Sequence record: DRR378314_1381
DNA: 47,829 nt
Strand: one strand, 5' to 3'
In this document: positions 46,972 to 47,829 of the stretch, in pieces
Layout: each line of letters begins with the position of its first letter
Position numbering within the stretch: the stretch's first letter is position 1
Translations under genes and position numbers: made by a program
The notes under the pieces: model-generated
Seen by the model: the letters and a program-made list of their open reading frames with translations, nothing else
Database searches by the model: none
Told to the model about the DNA's origin: nothing

Positions 46972-47684
46972 CTCCGCTTGTCTTTGTCCATGGTTTCATG
47001 GGCGGCAGCATGCAGTGGAATTTACAGACGCCGCTGGCGAAAGACCGAAAGCTGATCACCATTGACCTGCCTGGCTTTGGCAAAAATGTGCACAAAGACG
47101 CGCTGCGCTCCATTCCAGAGTTCGCCGAATGGGTCCTTGCCGAAGTCGAGACCGAACAATTCGACCTGCTCGGTCATTCTATGGGCGGAATGATCGCCCA
47201 AGAGATGATCCAACTTGCACCGGATCGTGTGCGCAAACTTGTGCTATATGCAACGGGCGCAGAAGGTGTCATTCCTGAGCGGTTCGAACCCATTGAAACC
47301 TCTATCCAACGCGCCCATGCCGATGGGGCCAAATCAACGGCTAGCAGGATCTCCGCGACTTGGTTTTTAGACAGTGAAACAGCGCAGGAATTTCCAGCAT
47401 GTGCCCAGATCGCGGAAGCTTGCTCATTGCAGGCAATCATTGCTGGGTTGGAGGCGATGCAAAATTGGTCCGGGCTTACTAATCTTGCAAAAATTGCATT
47501 GCCGACACTTGTGCTTTGGGGCGACCGGGACCGTACATATTCATGGTCCCAAACTGAAACCTTATGGCGCAACATACCTGATTGCCGACTCGCGGTGCTG
47601 CCTGCCTGTGCGCACGCGGTTCACCTAGAAAGCCCGATTCTGTTCAACCGGCTTGTCAGTGATTTTCTGGAAGCCGACTTATGA
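46968..47684 (+). CDS. Alpha/beta fold hydrolase
   Basis: VFVHGF, DLPGFG, GHSMGG nucleophile, WGDRD, AHAVHLE; ATGA-coupled to the permease. Confidence 0.92.
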   Translation: MTPLVFVHGFMGGSMQWNLQTPLAKDRKLITIDLPGFGKNVHKDALRSIPEFAEWVLAEVETEQFDLLGHSMGGMIAQEMIQLAPDRVRKLVLYATGAEGVIPERFEPIETSIQRAHADGAKSTASRISATWFLDSETAQEFPACAQIAEACSLQAIIAGLEAMQNWSGLTNLAKIALPTLVLWGDRDRTYSWSQTETLWRNIPDCRLAVLPACAHAVHLESPILFNRLVSDFLEADL

Positions 47685-47800
47685 GATTTCGACGCTTGCA
47701 ACGCCGAAAGTTTGTCAAGCAATTTCTGTTGAATACCTTAATGACGGGTTTGCCGCATTCCAACTCAAACAAAACAGCGTCGAAAACAAGCATGTCTCGG

Positions 47801-47829
47801 GGCTCTGTTGCAAACTTTTGAGCATGGTG
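47801..47829. mobile_element. Terminal inverted repeat of a probable IS6-family element running off the window
   Basis: GGCTCTGTTGCAAA (47801-47814), the IS6100/IS26-type terminus; transposase not in window. Confidence 0.6.

Overview
Accessory, genomic-island- or plasmid-like region from an alphaproteobacterium, most likely Roseobacter-group Rhodobacteraceae (inferred from protein families, not from a search). It is a mosaic of about 45 genes in discrete modules: (1) bactofilin-htpG-htpX with an RpoH-type promoter, plus a VOC gene; (2) LysR divergent from cytochrome c', a diheme cytochrome c and a CDF transporter; (3) a secreted Asp/Arg-repeat protein with a NarL-type two-component system; (4) two MerR modules (merT-like + GDCCVxC protein; a CDF gene broken by a decayed IS30); (5) a copper cluster (CopL-like, DUF411, cytochrome c, CopC, CopD); (6) TetR divergent from YceI and a secreted fungal-luciferase-family protein; (7) a 14-kb, 13-gene catabolic operon (XRE-cupin regulator, Dpp-type ABC importer, GAF protein, hydantoinase/oxoprolinase A, two B subunits, two hydantoin-racemase-like enzymes, Xaa-Pro peptidase); (8) adenylate cyclase-TPR, a GNAT-methyltransferase fusion, MarR and a CxxC membrane protein, and gene fragments; (9) a LacI-controlled Tdm-like DUF1989/GcvT enzyme with a betaine-type ABC importer and an alpha/beta hydrolase; and an IS6-type end at the right edge. 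The two most interesting signals are a family of degenerate intergenic repeats (core AAGCGGACVTT, palindrome GACTTTGCAAAG) that sits at many module boundaries and coincides with a gene truncation point, suggesting a repeat-delimited cassette-assembly process, and the catabolic operon, whose enzyme set fits a cyclic dipeptide/lactam degradation pathway. All calls come from motif reading; no database searches were run.
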